Below, one piece after another: positions 50,053 to 62,000 of a stretch of 64,000 bases of DNA. Below the pieces are notes generated by a model. It was not told where the DNA came from, made no database searches, and saw only the letters and a list, made by a program, of their open reading frames with translations. The position numbers were made by a program, and so were the translations under genes. The stretch lies in the NCBI GenBank assembly GCA_905178155.1, contig CAJINV010000003.1, positions 8,538,799-8,602,798 of the forward strand, written 5' to 3'. Position 1 is the stretch's first letter; every line of letters begins with the position of its first letter. The stretch is from Amoebophrya sp. A120 (lineage: Eukaryota; Protista; Dinoflagellata).

Positions 50053-53000
50053 CTACGGAACCAAAATGGAAGATTTACCCATCCTGCTGGCGACGGTGAA
50101 GCTCCATGCTGCATGCTGGCCAAAGTCTTCTAAGCTCAATCGCTCACCTTCCATCTTCTTCGAAATGGACGTCAGGGTCTGAGGTGCCGTGCTACCTGAC
50201 GACCTTGCAAGGGTGCTGAAAAAGCCACCCCAGCAAAGCTCTCCTATCTTCTCCTCGCGTGCTTTCCCGTTCTTGTTTGTTCTTGCTTGCACCTTTGACA
50301 CCGGGCCCTTTTGTCCGTCGTCGTCCACGTAATGAAGAGGCTGCACGCCAGGACGGTGATGAAAGGGCAAATCCGCAAACTCTGCCTTTAGATGGTTCCA
50401 CAAGAATTGCCCTTCAGATGGGCCTCCAACCTCAGCCCGTTCGTCACCGGTAACTGGATCGTATTGAAGGTCGGGAGCAGCAAAACTATACGCCTTATTG
50501 CGACTCCGAGTCCTCAAACCATCGAAGTTAGCCTCTCGAAGCCGCGGCTCCGTGGACATCCATGGATAAGGCGTTAGCAGAGAGCTATCTTCAACGCCAG
50601 AGCCTTGCGTTTTTTTCTGCAGAAAAAGGCTGGCGCCGAGGTTCTGAAGACAGAACCGCTTCCAGATGGTCCGGGGGAAACCGTCACGGCGGTCCATGAC
50701 CGACCCGGTGTCTCCTGGTCCCTCTTCATCTTCGTCGTCTTTTTGCCAAGTAAGCACTGGCCCCTCGTCTTCGTCAGTGCCTTCCATAGAATTGTCATCG
50801 GACTTTGGCTTAATGGGGTTGCCCTCCTCCACCACATATGGGAACTCTTCCCGGATAGACGTAGCAGGACTGTTCGAGCCCGAGCGGAAAACTGCGGCAA
50901 CAAGCACATCAAGCCAGTTCAATGCTGCCCGTCCATCCAGAAGGTGATACTCGTGGTCCTCTCTGTCGTCGTAGGCTTCATCCGTGTCGTCCCCCGCCTT
51001 CCGAGCAATCCAACGCTCTGCCTGCATTGGGTTAATAAATCTCCTTAGCCGAGGCTCCGGCAGTGCGGAGGGGCGCTGAGCCCCACGCGTAAAAATCGCC
51101 TGCAGTGTCGGGTCGGTAAGAATTTGGCGCCCGCCCACCTTCTTTGCGTTAGCGTCTTCGCTTTTGGGGTACATGGTAACCCAAAACGGGGCCTCGCTAT
51201 CGTCGCCCGATGCCGGTGCAACTGTTCCGCCGGTGAAAGTTGCCTCTTCGTCACCGTCCCCAGCCGGCCATGCTTTAGAGCTTAGACATCCGTTGGAATC
51301 TTAGTGGGTGACTTTGCGGCAATATTAGGGGACTTGCGTCAAGCAGCACCCGTGAAAACGCTGGCGCGCTCGCCCCCAGGAGACAAATCCCGGGCACAAA
51401 TGAAGACGAGAAAGAAAAATCAGACATCAACGGAAGAGGAGGCTCCAAAGAAGCCACCATACCTTTGGCATTCTTGACGCAGTTTTTCCTTTATTGAAAA
51501 GACGCAGGCTCCAGTCGCGAGGGGCTGCAAAATTTTTCACTGGTAATCTTGCAGCAAGTGCTCCTTTTTTCCCAACCGTACTTGGTGCGGCCAAGTCGGC
51601 CACCCCTGCTTTCGGACATTTATCACGCGGAAGTCGTTGGCTTTGACTGTGATTTTGTGGCGATTTTACGGCTAGGGCTACCTTCCAGGTTTAGACGTTC
51701 TAGTCCGAATGCTATGACCAATATTTTGGCGATCAAATTTGACGCCATAAAAGGAACATTTTATCGGCTGCAAAATCGTTCGCAATTTCTTGCTGTGCTA
51801 CGTTTTACGCGAAAGCCGCAACATGCGAGTTCGCACGAATAGAGACGGCGGTGGCAGTGCGAACTTTCTTGCCTGTCATATTTTGTAGCCGTCACGCACA
51901 AAAAAAATGAGAAACAAAACTAGAAGCGCAATCGAAGCGCCAAAGAAGCAATCGCATCCGGCTACTTCGCTGGCGCCCATTGCGTCACCGTACGCGCTGC
52001 CTCTTGCGCAGTGCGTCCCAACAATGGCAAGGTTGAAAGTACAAAAACAAAAAGAAATAAATATAAAGCGCGCCTCACGAAAGTTGCTGAGCATGATGCT
52101 GCAGAGGCAAGCGCGCGCCAAGCTGCCCATGCAATGGAAACAGTCGCACACCCCCAAGGCGGGCAAATAAACGAACAAAAACAACCGAGCTTTTTCAATA
52201 TTGCAGAAAAATCACCACGCTAATACCTAACGTCTGTCCAGGCTGTAGCAGGTGATGCTCTTGCTTGCGGCGGGTGCACCACTTTGTTAAATTTTTCTAT
52301 GAAGTCTCTCTGTTCCCCGTCGCGCGGTGGTGGAACCCATACAAACCCATCCTGATGTATTGCGTCCAGTGTGCCGCGCGGTAGCTGCTGTCCTACGAGT
52401 TTGGGCGAGCTGAAGAGCGACGCCGCGACTTTCTTTGTAAAGCGGGTATCCGTGTTCCGCGTCACGACCCACATCGACTCCCCAGGCGTGCTGTCACCAG
52501 CGGACGTGGTTATTTCGAGGCCATCGTCTAAAACAGCAGAGTTTTCTGCAATTTGTTCACCAACCACTGTCTTTATCACGCCAAACCAAGCCAGCCCGTT
52601 GATAAAGATCATCATTAGGTCGAACACATCCTGAGAAACACACAGACACGACAATCCTACTGTGGGAGTTCCCTTCTTGCTTGTATCTCTTTATTTCTGT
52701 GCTCGACGACCTGTCCTAGACTTTTGGCCGCGAGCGTTGTGCCCGTGAGCTTCTTGTGTTCATTTCAAAGTATCAAGCGTTATCATGTTGGACCAAAGAT
52801 GTACACCGGCAAACCGGCGCACATTTTGCGGAGCCGAAGGTGAAGCGCCGGCGAACCTCCTACCGGGGTGTAGATGCCGCAGACCCAGACCTCACTGGGG
52901 ATGGGCTGCGTACACACTCCCCTCACAGGCAGAAGGCTCACGCCCGGTCGGCTTCCCTCTCCTCCGGCGGCTGCCGGCAAACCGGCGCACATTCTCAATT

Positions 53001-56000
53001 TGCACGGAGCGAAGCCCCGCGCGCCTGGCAGAGTTTGCGTTCACCGCTTGTGCTCCTCGAAACTCCGGGCCAACGCAGTTTGCGCCCACCTAAAGGAGGA
53101 CGCTCGGAACAGGTCGCCGAACACCTTCCCTGGCAGAGCAGGGTCACCCTTTCGGGTGAACGGGTTCACACTTCCTTTTCTTGGCCGCGTGTCTCGCACG
53201 CTGCTTGTCCGCCAAATGCTGCCGTCGTCCTGTGCTCTCCAGCATCTCCCGAGCGCCCTTGTACACTAGCCAAGGGATCCGCCCTGGCTCCAGCTCCTGC
53301 ACCGAGGTCGGGAGCGCTTGCTGCAGCGCAGCTATCTTCTCTAAGCGTGTCAGTGGATCGCTTAGGTTGCGAGCGCTGGCAATCCACGCCCAGCAAATGT
53401 CTCGACCAGCTGTGTCCTTGTGCAGTTGATGGAGAAGGATCTGCGACGCGAAGTTGCCGCATGAACCCTTCACGATGCTATAGCACTCGGCCGCGTTGTC
53501 GACGTGATGCACCACTAACGCGTCGCCGGGGGCGAGGTCCGCGGCGAAGAACAGATGCGCCACATGCGCGCAAAGGGTCTCGAAGAACGCGATGTCCGGC
53601 TTCAGGTGCGCCACCCAGGACGGCAACTCCTGCACGTGGAACGTGAAACCATGCCCGCGCGAGTGGTCTGCGTTCAGCATCAGCGCGCCAATGTAGATGC
53701 CGCGCGCTCGCGTGCAATACCGCCCCGGCCTCGACGGCTTCGCTTTTGTGAAGTCGTCCAAAGACGCGTCGCCATACACATGGATAACCCGGGATGGAAA
53801 CCCCTTGCGGATTATCTTTGGCCGAAGGCTACCTGCCTGCAGCTGCAAAAGGAGGACCGTCTCAAGCAGCTGTCTGCGTTCTCTTGGGTCCTTGATGCGC
53901 CTACTGAGCTTGTCGCTGCGCCAAACATCAAGACCCCGCACAACACCAACAGCACCTGCATCGAGCTGCGCGCAGTGTTGGAAGAGCCCTCGCACGGTCT
54001 CGACAGCCTCCCTAGTGGCACCGCGACGCCGTATTGCACCCAGTAAGCCGGACAGAAGCTCCTGGAGGTGCGCGACCTTCTCAGCCGCGGGGGCGACCGA
54101 CAGATACTGCTCGCACCTTGAACGTGTATAAGCCAGCCCGAGCGCCACCAGGCTCCGCTGCTGGATGTCCCTTTCGCCCCCGGACGGCAGGTAGTTACGG
54201 TCTTGCTTGGCCGCCTGCTGCGGAAAGCCACACAACGATAAAAACAGATCGACAAGAGCCGAGCTATGTGGCATACTTTTCACCCTATCCATGAGATGGA
54301 TATCATCTATGTACACTGGTGCCAGTTTGCGTAGAATACAAACCAGCACCAGCATGATAGCCCCTGAGCAGGCGACATCCTCATACACGGACACTATGCT
54401 ACCGAAAACTGTCACCAGGCTCTCGATGACGTCCCAACGCCGCGCCGCGGTCTTTCGCTTCTGGGGGACCAACCCGCTTGCGAAGGCTTCCTCCTCCTCC
54501 GCCGTGAGCCTGGGGACGACGAACACGCTTTTCGTCCTGTCCGCTACTGCGAAGTTGTAATAATAGGACTCCACGTCCTTCGTCTCGCTTGCTGGGATGA
54601 AACTGGACGCCACGTCCCTCTCAAGCATCTCAAGATCGGGATCGTCTTCAAACACAGAGGGCGGGGCGGGCTCGTAGCACGGCCGACCTGCGACGCCCGC
54701 GTCGCGCACCTCCTTCAAGAAAGTGCGCTCGTCGAAAATGTCCTGCGTGACGTCTCTTTTGCACTGGAACAAGGTGACGGGCCGAACGTTGCTACTCGCC
54801 AGCCGCGTCACGATCTCGCACGATGCGCGACCCCCCAAGAGCCTCATCCTCTCTCGAACTTTGACGCAGGCATTGTGCCTGCGCAGGTCAATGCAGAGGC
54901 GCGCTCTGTTCTTCTGCTTCACCGGGAAGCAGACAGCAGGCCGGGACTTTGCCTGCTCGACCTTGACCCACTTGCCCGTAGCCAACATCTTGGCCGCCTG
55001 GCGTTGCATCTCCTTGATGTCCCCAGGCTCGGCCCATGTGTCCGCGGGTATCTTGCGCGCCTCTTCAGCGCTGAATATCTCCGCTCTCTTTTGTTCCTGG
55101 GCCTCGTCACGATGGGGGAGGCCAATGTCATCCGCAACCGATACCCAAAGGCCCGAGGGGTCTATGTCCTCGTCGGTTTTGAAACCGGCGACGATCTTCT
55201 CTCGCAGCCCGAGAACCTTCCGCCTGCGCTCGGGCGAGAGGCTCGCGACGTCGCAAGCCCGGGCCAATAACCGAAGGAAGAAGGCCCACTGCTTATCTTT
55301 GTACACGAACCGAACATCTGCAGACATCTGCGCGAGCAGAGCCCCATTTTCCTGAGCTGAATCCGAATGGACTTGCAGTAGCCACCCTGCTAGCCGCTGG
55401 GTCGCGACGTTTATCTCATCGGCGGAAGAGCTCTTCACCTCGTCGATGACTGGCAAAAAGAAATCCGGAAGGACATCCCGGCGCCCGTATGTCCGCGCAG
55501 TATCGCGCTGCACCACCGCCCCCAGCGGGTTTCCCGGCCTACTATGGTCCTCGGCGCCCATTCGCGATAGATAGACTTCTAGATAGACTACGCGCAAAAG
55601 GAGAAAGAGCGCTTCGCTTGTTAAGGTTGGTAGGCCGGGCAGAAATCAATGTAAACAAAATCAAAACACAATCAAAAACACAAAGCAAGGGAATCAATAT
55701 GCTCAGAGGTCGCTGTGTGTCATATCATTCGAAAAGCAAATCAACCCACATCCCGGACCTACCAAATCAACCTCACCTCGTCCCGGCTTCTGCGACGCCC
55801 ATCTTCCTTACCCAACTGCGCCGAGACTGAACACGGCCCGAGGCCTTTGAACCGAACAAGCACAAGAGGGAGCCGCCCGCTGCGGATAGCAACTGAAAGG
55901 GCCTCCACCCTTGGCCTTCATCCTTGATGTACACAGCAACGGCATTCATCTTGATTGGACAGTAAAACGCTACCGGTTCCGCACAAAATTACATCGAGCG

Positions 56001-59000
56001 CGAGCACTGAGTGGCCAAACAGCTGGCAAGCTCAGTCGTTTCAACATTCATCATCGTGTGTTCTTGAGTGAGTGGTCTCTCCCGTCTGCAAAACATCTCC
56101 CCGAATCGAGTCGATGCGGCAAACCGGCGCACATTTTCGACCACCGTGCTGGCGTGTGATTCTTGTGGACGAGGTCCGGCAAACCTGCGCACATTTTGGA
56201 AGGACTCGTCGAGGGACTGGCGGAGGCGCACCTCCGGGACAGCATGCACCAGGCTTGCGGGGCATGCCCGGCAAACCAGCGCACATTCCTGACACGATGA
56301 GTTCCTGAGTGATATGATATCTACCGAAGTCATGGAGACGACAGTTTTCCTGAGTTACAGACGGCGGACCTAAGGCTCGGTCGCTTTCTCCTTCAAATGG
56401 CCCTCCGACAATCCGAAGCCCTTGCTCTTGTTGATGTACTGCATGAGACTCAAGCTCCCGCCATGCTTAAGCTTGCAGGCAGCTGCCGCCATAGGAGCAG
56501 GAGCCCTTCAAGTACAGCTCGCAGATCATGTCCCTCGCCTGCTTCTTGTTCGCCGGGGCGCCCGCGTCGCCACCCCCGGGACGCTTGTTCCCCAGGGCTT
56601 TCAACTTCTGCTCGAACCGCGCCTCCAACTTGGACAGCTTGGCATCCGTCGCGTCGTCGGCCTTCTTCAACAACAGCGAGCTCTTCACCTCGGTCTTGAG
56701 TCCGACGGTCAAAGCCATCCGGATGCGCCACTGGTACTGCTGCCCGGCCGCCACCCCGGCGGGGGCGGGCGCCATCACGCGAAAGGCACTCTCAGCGGAA
56801 TCCCACCAGATCTTGAACACGGCGGCCTTACCGTCGCCGGACTCATGTCCCTTGCCCATCGCCTGCGTCGTGATGAACGTGTGCGCAGCAGTCATGTGGT
56901 CCATCAGTATGGCCCCGATCGAGAGCAGGCAGGACACGAAGATGAAGGGCGTGAAGTCGGGCTCCTTCTTCACAACTGTGATGCACTTGGCTAAGGTTTC
57001 CGCCTCATAGTGGCGGCGCACCTTCGTGACCTGCTGGAAGTTGGGCTTGTACTCCTCGGGGACGTCCGCCACGGAGTTGTTGAAGGCCTGGATCTGGGCC
57101 GGGGTAGCCGGAACCGCGATGCCCGCGTCCGCGAACAACCCGGCAAGGCCCTGCGCGAGCGCCTGACTAGCGGCCATCCTGTTTTGTTCTGCTGTGATAA
57201 AAGTAGTGAACTACGGGTAGAATGCGATGAGGGATGCGAATTCTCGCTCCTAAGACTAAACGCTGAAACTGTTGCGACGCGCTGTCGTCGTGAGTCCTGT
57301 CACTGTTGCGAATTTTTGGTGCGGAACAATGTAACGAACTACCCGGCCAAGCCGCGGCGCGCGGTGCGCGGGGGAGCATTGATCGCGAAGAGTGTGTATT
57401 CGTTGAACTGTCTCAAATTTTTATCAATCATTTCCATCAGGGCGCAGTCTGATCTCAATCGTTGGAGGTGCATTTGCTCGCGAGATGATCATCATTGTAG
57501 CAGAGACGCTTGCACGAGTGGCCAGGGCAAAGCAAATTGCTCTGTCACATTCACTGCACGATTGCCCTCGTAGCGTAACTCTGTATCAATGTTCTTCCAC
57601 CTTCCGACCTGCGCGATCTCCTCCCGTGGCAGGCCTCCCTGCGCAGCGGCAGACGCTCCTCCGACCCTGAAGGAGTAGAGGTTCCACAGCTTCCGCCCGT
57701 CCTGCTTCTCCTCCATGTCGCACCGGCGGACTACCTCTTCCATGCATTTTCGCAAATGCGCGCCCGGTGCTGCGGCGTAGCCGGCCCACGCGTTATCCTC
57801 TATCGCATGAACCGGACAGAGCACCCGCCCAAGGCCCAAGGGCTGAACGGCACTGCAGCAGCAACGCATTCGGGCGTGCCAGCCTCGCTCATACTGGTCT
57901 ACTTTGGATTTACTGACAAATGAGTGGACGCGCCACTCCCCGCCCGCCTTGTAGACCTCCCGGGAGGTGTTCCTGAACTCATCGGGCCGCTGAAACAAAA
58001 ACCAGGCGGAGACGCAGAAGTCCAGAAAGACGCCGAGGTCGTAGGTCTTGCCCTTGGTAACGGCGAAAGGGGCCGCGCCTGACTTGATGGCGTCCACTTT
58101 CTTCCAAAATGACAGCAGGGCGGGATGCTGCTGCACCTGTATGACCCCCTTTTGCAGCTGCGTGAAGCAGCGGCTGTAGTCCTTCTGCTCTGCGTCGGTC
58201 AGTGGCCTGACGCAAGACATGCGGGCCTTGACATGTGCGAGCATGATGTGCCGCGACTTTGGGATGTTGTCACACCGCGCCAAGGCCGCGGCCGTGGCCT
58301 TGATCCTTTCGGAGCTCCAGGGCTCCGCTGGGTCCCACTTGAAGTGGGAGCAGATGGGTTGACAATACGTCTCGAACGCCTTCTGCTGCTGCTTCTTCGT
58401 CGCCGCGGAGAGTTTCTGGCCCTCGAACTCCTGGGCCAGTTCCTCAACTGCTGCCGGGTTCGCACTTAGTCCGGCGAGAACGTCGCCGATCTTCCCCGGC
58501 AAACCGGCGGATCTTCCCCGGCAAACCGGCGCACATTTTCTGGTGACTATCTCCGGCTACTGCCTTCTTCTCCTCCCGGACGAACCTCCGCTTCTTGGCG
58601 GGCTCATGCGGGTGACCCTTATCGCTGCCCAGCGGCGGGTCGCTAGATTCCTGAGGGCCGGCGCCCTGGCATTCCTGAGGTTCGCGCACGTCGACATCGC
58701 AGCCGAAGAGGACGTCGGCCCCGGCTCCGATCATCGCAAGGTAATCCGCGTCCATTTTTCTTTCCGTAGTTCTGGCTTTGCACAGCTTGAAAAAAAAATT
58801 CTTGGGCCCTTGCACTATGTTGAACTGCAACACCTGTACGGCTGTCCCTTGCCTATGGCTATGATCATCAACGAGCGCGGGATCTGGTCTACCTAATGAT
58901 ATCCATTATCACGCCAAACCAAGCCAGCCCGTTGATAAAGATCGTCATTAGGTCGAACACATCCTGAGAAACACACAGACACGACAATCCTACTGTGGGA

Positions 59001-62000
59001 GTTCCCTTCTTGCTTGTATCTCTTTATTTCTGTGCTCGGCGACCTGTCCTAGACTTTTGGCCGCGAGCGTTGTGCCCGTGAGCTTCTTGTGTTCATTTCA
59101 AAGTATCAAGCGTTATCATGTTGGACCAAAGATGTACACCGGCAAACCGGCGCACATTTTGCGGAGCCGAAGGTGAAGCGCCGGCGAACCTCCTACCGGG
59201 GTGTAGATGCCGCAGACCCAGACCTCACTGGGGATGGGCTGCGTACACACTCCCCTCACAGGCAGAAGGCTCACGCCCGGTCGGCTTCCCTCTCCTCCGG
59301 CGGCTGCCGGCAAACCGGCGCACATTCTCAATTTGCACGGAGCGAAGCCCCGCGCGCCTGGCAGAGTTTGCGTTCACCTCTTGTGCTCCTCGAAACTCCG
59401 GGCCAACGCAGTTTGCGCCCACCTAAAGGAGGACGCTCGGAACAGGTCGCCGAACACCTTCCCTGGCAGAGCAGGGTCACCCTTTCGGGTGAACGGGTTC
59501 ACACTTCCTTTTCTTGGCCGCGTGTCTCGCACGCTGCTTGTCCGCCAAATGCTGCCGTCGTCCTGTGCTCTCCAGCATCTCCCGAGNCCTTGCACTATGT
59601 TGAACTGCAACACCTGTACGGCTGTCCCTTGCCTATGGCTATGATCATCAACGAGCGCGGGATCTGGTCTACCTAATGATATTGATTTTGTCGGCGCCGA
59701 AGTGGTCGCGACGAGTGGGGATGTCGTCCCACCTCGCAGAATACGTCGAGTCTTGGTCGAGGTATCTACTTACTTCCATTCCAGTTCCTGAAAGCGGTAT
59801 GTCATCCGTGAAGTACGAATCGAAATCCGGCGAGAGCCGTAGCCCGGCGTACGCTGCGTTCACAATCGGAGGAGAAATCGCTATTTGGCGAAAGTCAAAC
59901 AGTTCCCCAGGAAAACGAGAAATCGGGGCAGCTTTTGCCAAGAAGTACCCGGCTGCAATTTTGTTTCGCCTACTTTTCGCCTCTTTTGCAGCCAAGGGGC
60001 GATGCAAAGAGGCCGGGTTTCTTTTCTCAGTTGCCTGGTGGAGGTCGAGGTCGGTCTCGATGCCCCGTCTTTGACTTTGGGCGTCCTCGACCATCTGCTC
60101 GTTTATTTCCGCTTCTATTGCTCTTCTGCTTGGCTTTGGCCAGCGCAAATTTGGAGAGCCAATTTGAATTTGTGCGGTCGGCCAGCGCAAATTTGGAGAG
60201 CCAATCTGTTCCGGCGTGTACACGCGGCCTTCCTCTTCGGCCTCACGGTCACGAAAGTTACCGATTCGCTCCCCCGCGCCAAGCAGCTTGTTCAGCTCCG
60301 CCAACACTTCAATCTCGTCGTTTGCGTGTGTCGGGAACCGGTTGGCGCGGCGGTTCTCGTCAACTTCCTTCAGCGGTATCTGGTGAAGAGGTTCTCGGAC
60401 ATGCGCATCCCACATCATGTGTTCCTGGTCCATCGTGTTTCTGCTTTTGGGCGAATCGGCTCCCCCGATATTTGGCGACAGCTTTTTCGCAAAATGCAAA
60501 CCAATTTGACGCTGTGCCGCCCACCGTATCTGATCTCTGTGCGCGTCCTACTCCGATGAACTCGCCCCCCACCCCCAAAACACTATTGTTATTTGGGTGA
60601 TCCAAAAAGCACACGTCGGGGGTTCAAATAGTTCCTTTTTTGGTGACCAAGTAACGCGTTTTTTTGTTTACGTGCCTCACGCTCTCCTGGACCTGAGGGC
60701 ATTGGCTTCTAAAATAGCGCAGCGCTTGACCTCAAAACCCTTGGTATTTCGGCGACAAAGTGCTGTCGGTATCTGCTTGGTCGCAGAGGATTTCGGCAGC
60801 GAGAACAGGACCGGGGTCGTCTTGGTAAGGTTCTTGGAGTAGTACTAGGCACCCGGCTGGGGAGGAAGCGCGCGCCGGCCGGTGGTTCACAAAGAGGTAG
60901 ACGGGCATGAAGTTTCCGTGCGCGTAACTTTATACACCAAGGCACGCCTCAGCTTTTTGGTGGAGTAGTTGGAACAAAACAGCTGGCGCCAGCGCCACAC
61001 TTAATTATTGGAATGAATTTTGCTGATCTACTCCAGCGCAGGAGAAGACATCTCGCGCGAAACTTCATACACCTTGGTATACTGCAGTCAGCGACGCAAC
61101 TTTTTTCGTCTTTTGTAGCCATCATGCTGCACAAGCAGATATAATGTCGGCGCTTCGCGTTCGGCAACCCGGATTACACTCGCCGGCGGCCCGGCGCAGA
61201 TTTTTGGCGCGTTCCACATCGAACACACCATGCGGATTAGCGATCAAAAGGCGCTCGCCGAAGTCATCGGCTTTGCATATTAATTACGGATAGGCTTTTC
61301 TTGCCGGTAAAATAACGGCTTTTTTGGCGGCTGCAAATCCATGTACTATCCGATTTGCGGCCCATGCACATGCAAAACAAAAACAGCCGGGGCATATAGT
61401 TTGCTGCATGAATGCAGCTAAAGATGACCAAAACTCCTGCTACTTTATGCCGTGGCATAGAACGCCACGCGCCGCATTATGATGCACTTTCCGCGGAGGA
61501 GGTGTAATAGATAACGCGCCAAAGATCTTCGCGAGCTTTCTAAATTTGAAGAAGCCTCCGCTCACGGCTGACAGCATGGCAAACGTGGCGCGGGCCCGAT
61601 GGTTCGGGGCGATGTATTTGGCGACGTGGTTGGATCGTGTTCTCTCATAAAGATTTACCACCCCTACTTATCTCCTATTGCTTTGCCAGGCACAGCATGC
61701 GTTTCTGCGGCGCCCCACGTCCTCTCGCTGTCGGGCATCTCCGCGACCAAATGCCGCGACTTTGTCGAAATGTTGAAGCAGCCTCTGCAGCCAAGCAGTG
61801 CGCTACTTGTACTTGGTGAGCAGATAGCGAAGCAATTGTGTATTTTCTGATCAAAATAAGGCGCGTCACTTGCTTACCAAAAGGCGCGCGTTTTCTTTTT
61901 GGTTGTTTAGTTATCCAATCCAAGAACGAAGCGAGCCCATTTGGCGTATGTCGGCGGTCCTCCCGGCAAGTCCACAGGACGCAGGCCCCGGCCCACCAAG

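Larger units (their letters stand above)
52573..58902 (-). mobile_element. Tyrosine-recombinase (DIRS-order) retrotransposon, 6330 bp, order YR-Gag-RT/RNase H
   Basis: Three diagnostic ORFs. Ends are defined by the adjacent second copy and by the interrupted host ORF. Termini are TTATCA...TGATAT. Confidence 0.93.

Noticed and set aside
57492-58502. Prophage or bacterial contaminant integrase
   Set aside because: It has DIRS-type CPV and GRW motifs, is linked to RT/RNase H and CCCH Gag, and is embedded in an intron-containing gene.
52573-59586. LTR retrotransposon with 680-bp LTRs
   Set aside because: There are no TG...CA ends, PBS/PPT, protease or DDE integrase. The repeat overlaps pol and ends at an assembly gap, and the integrase is a tyrosine recombinase.
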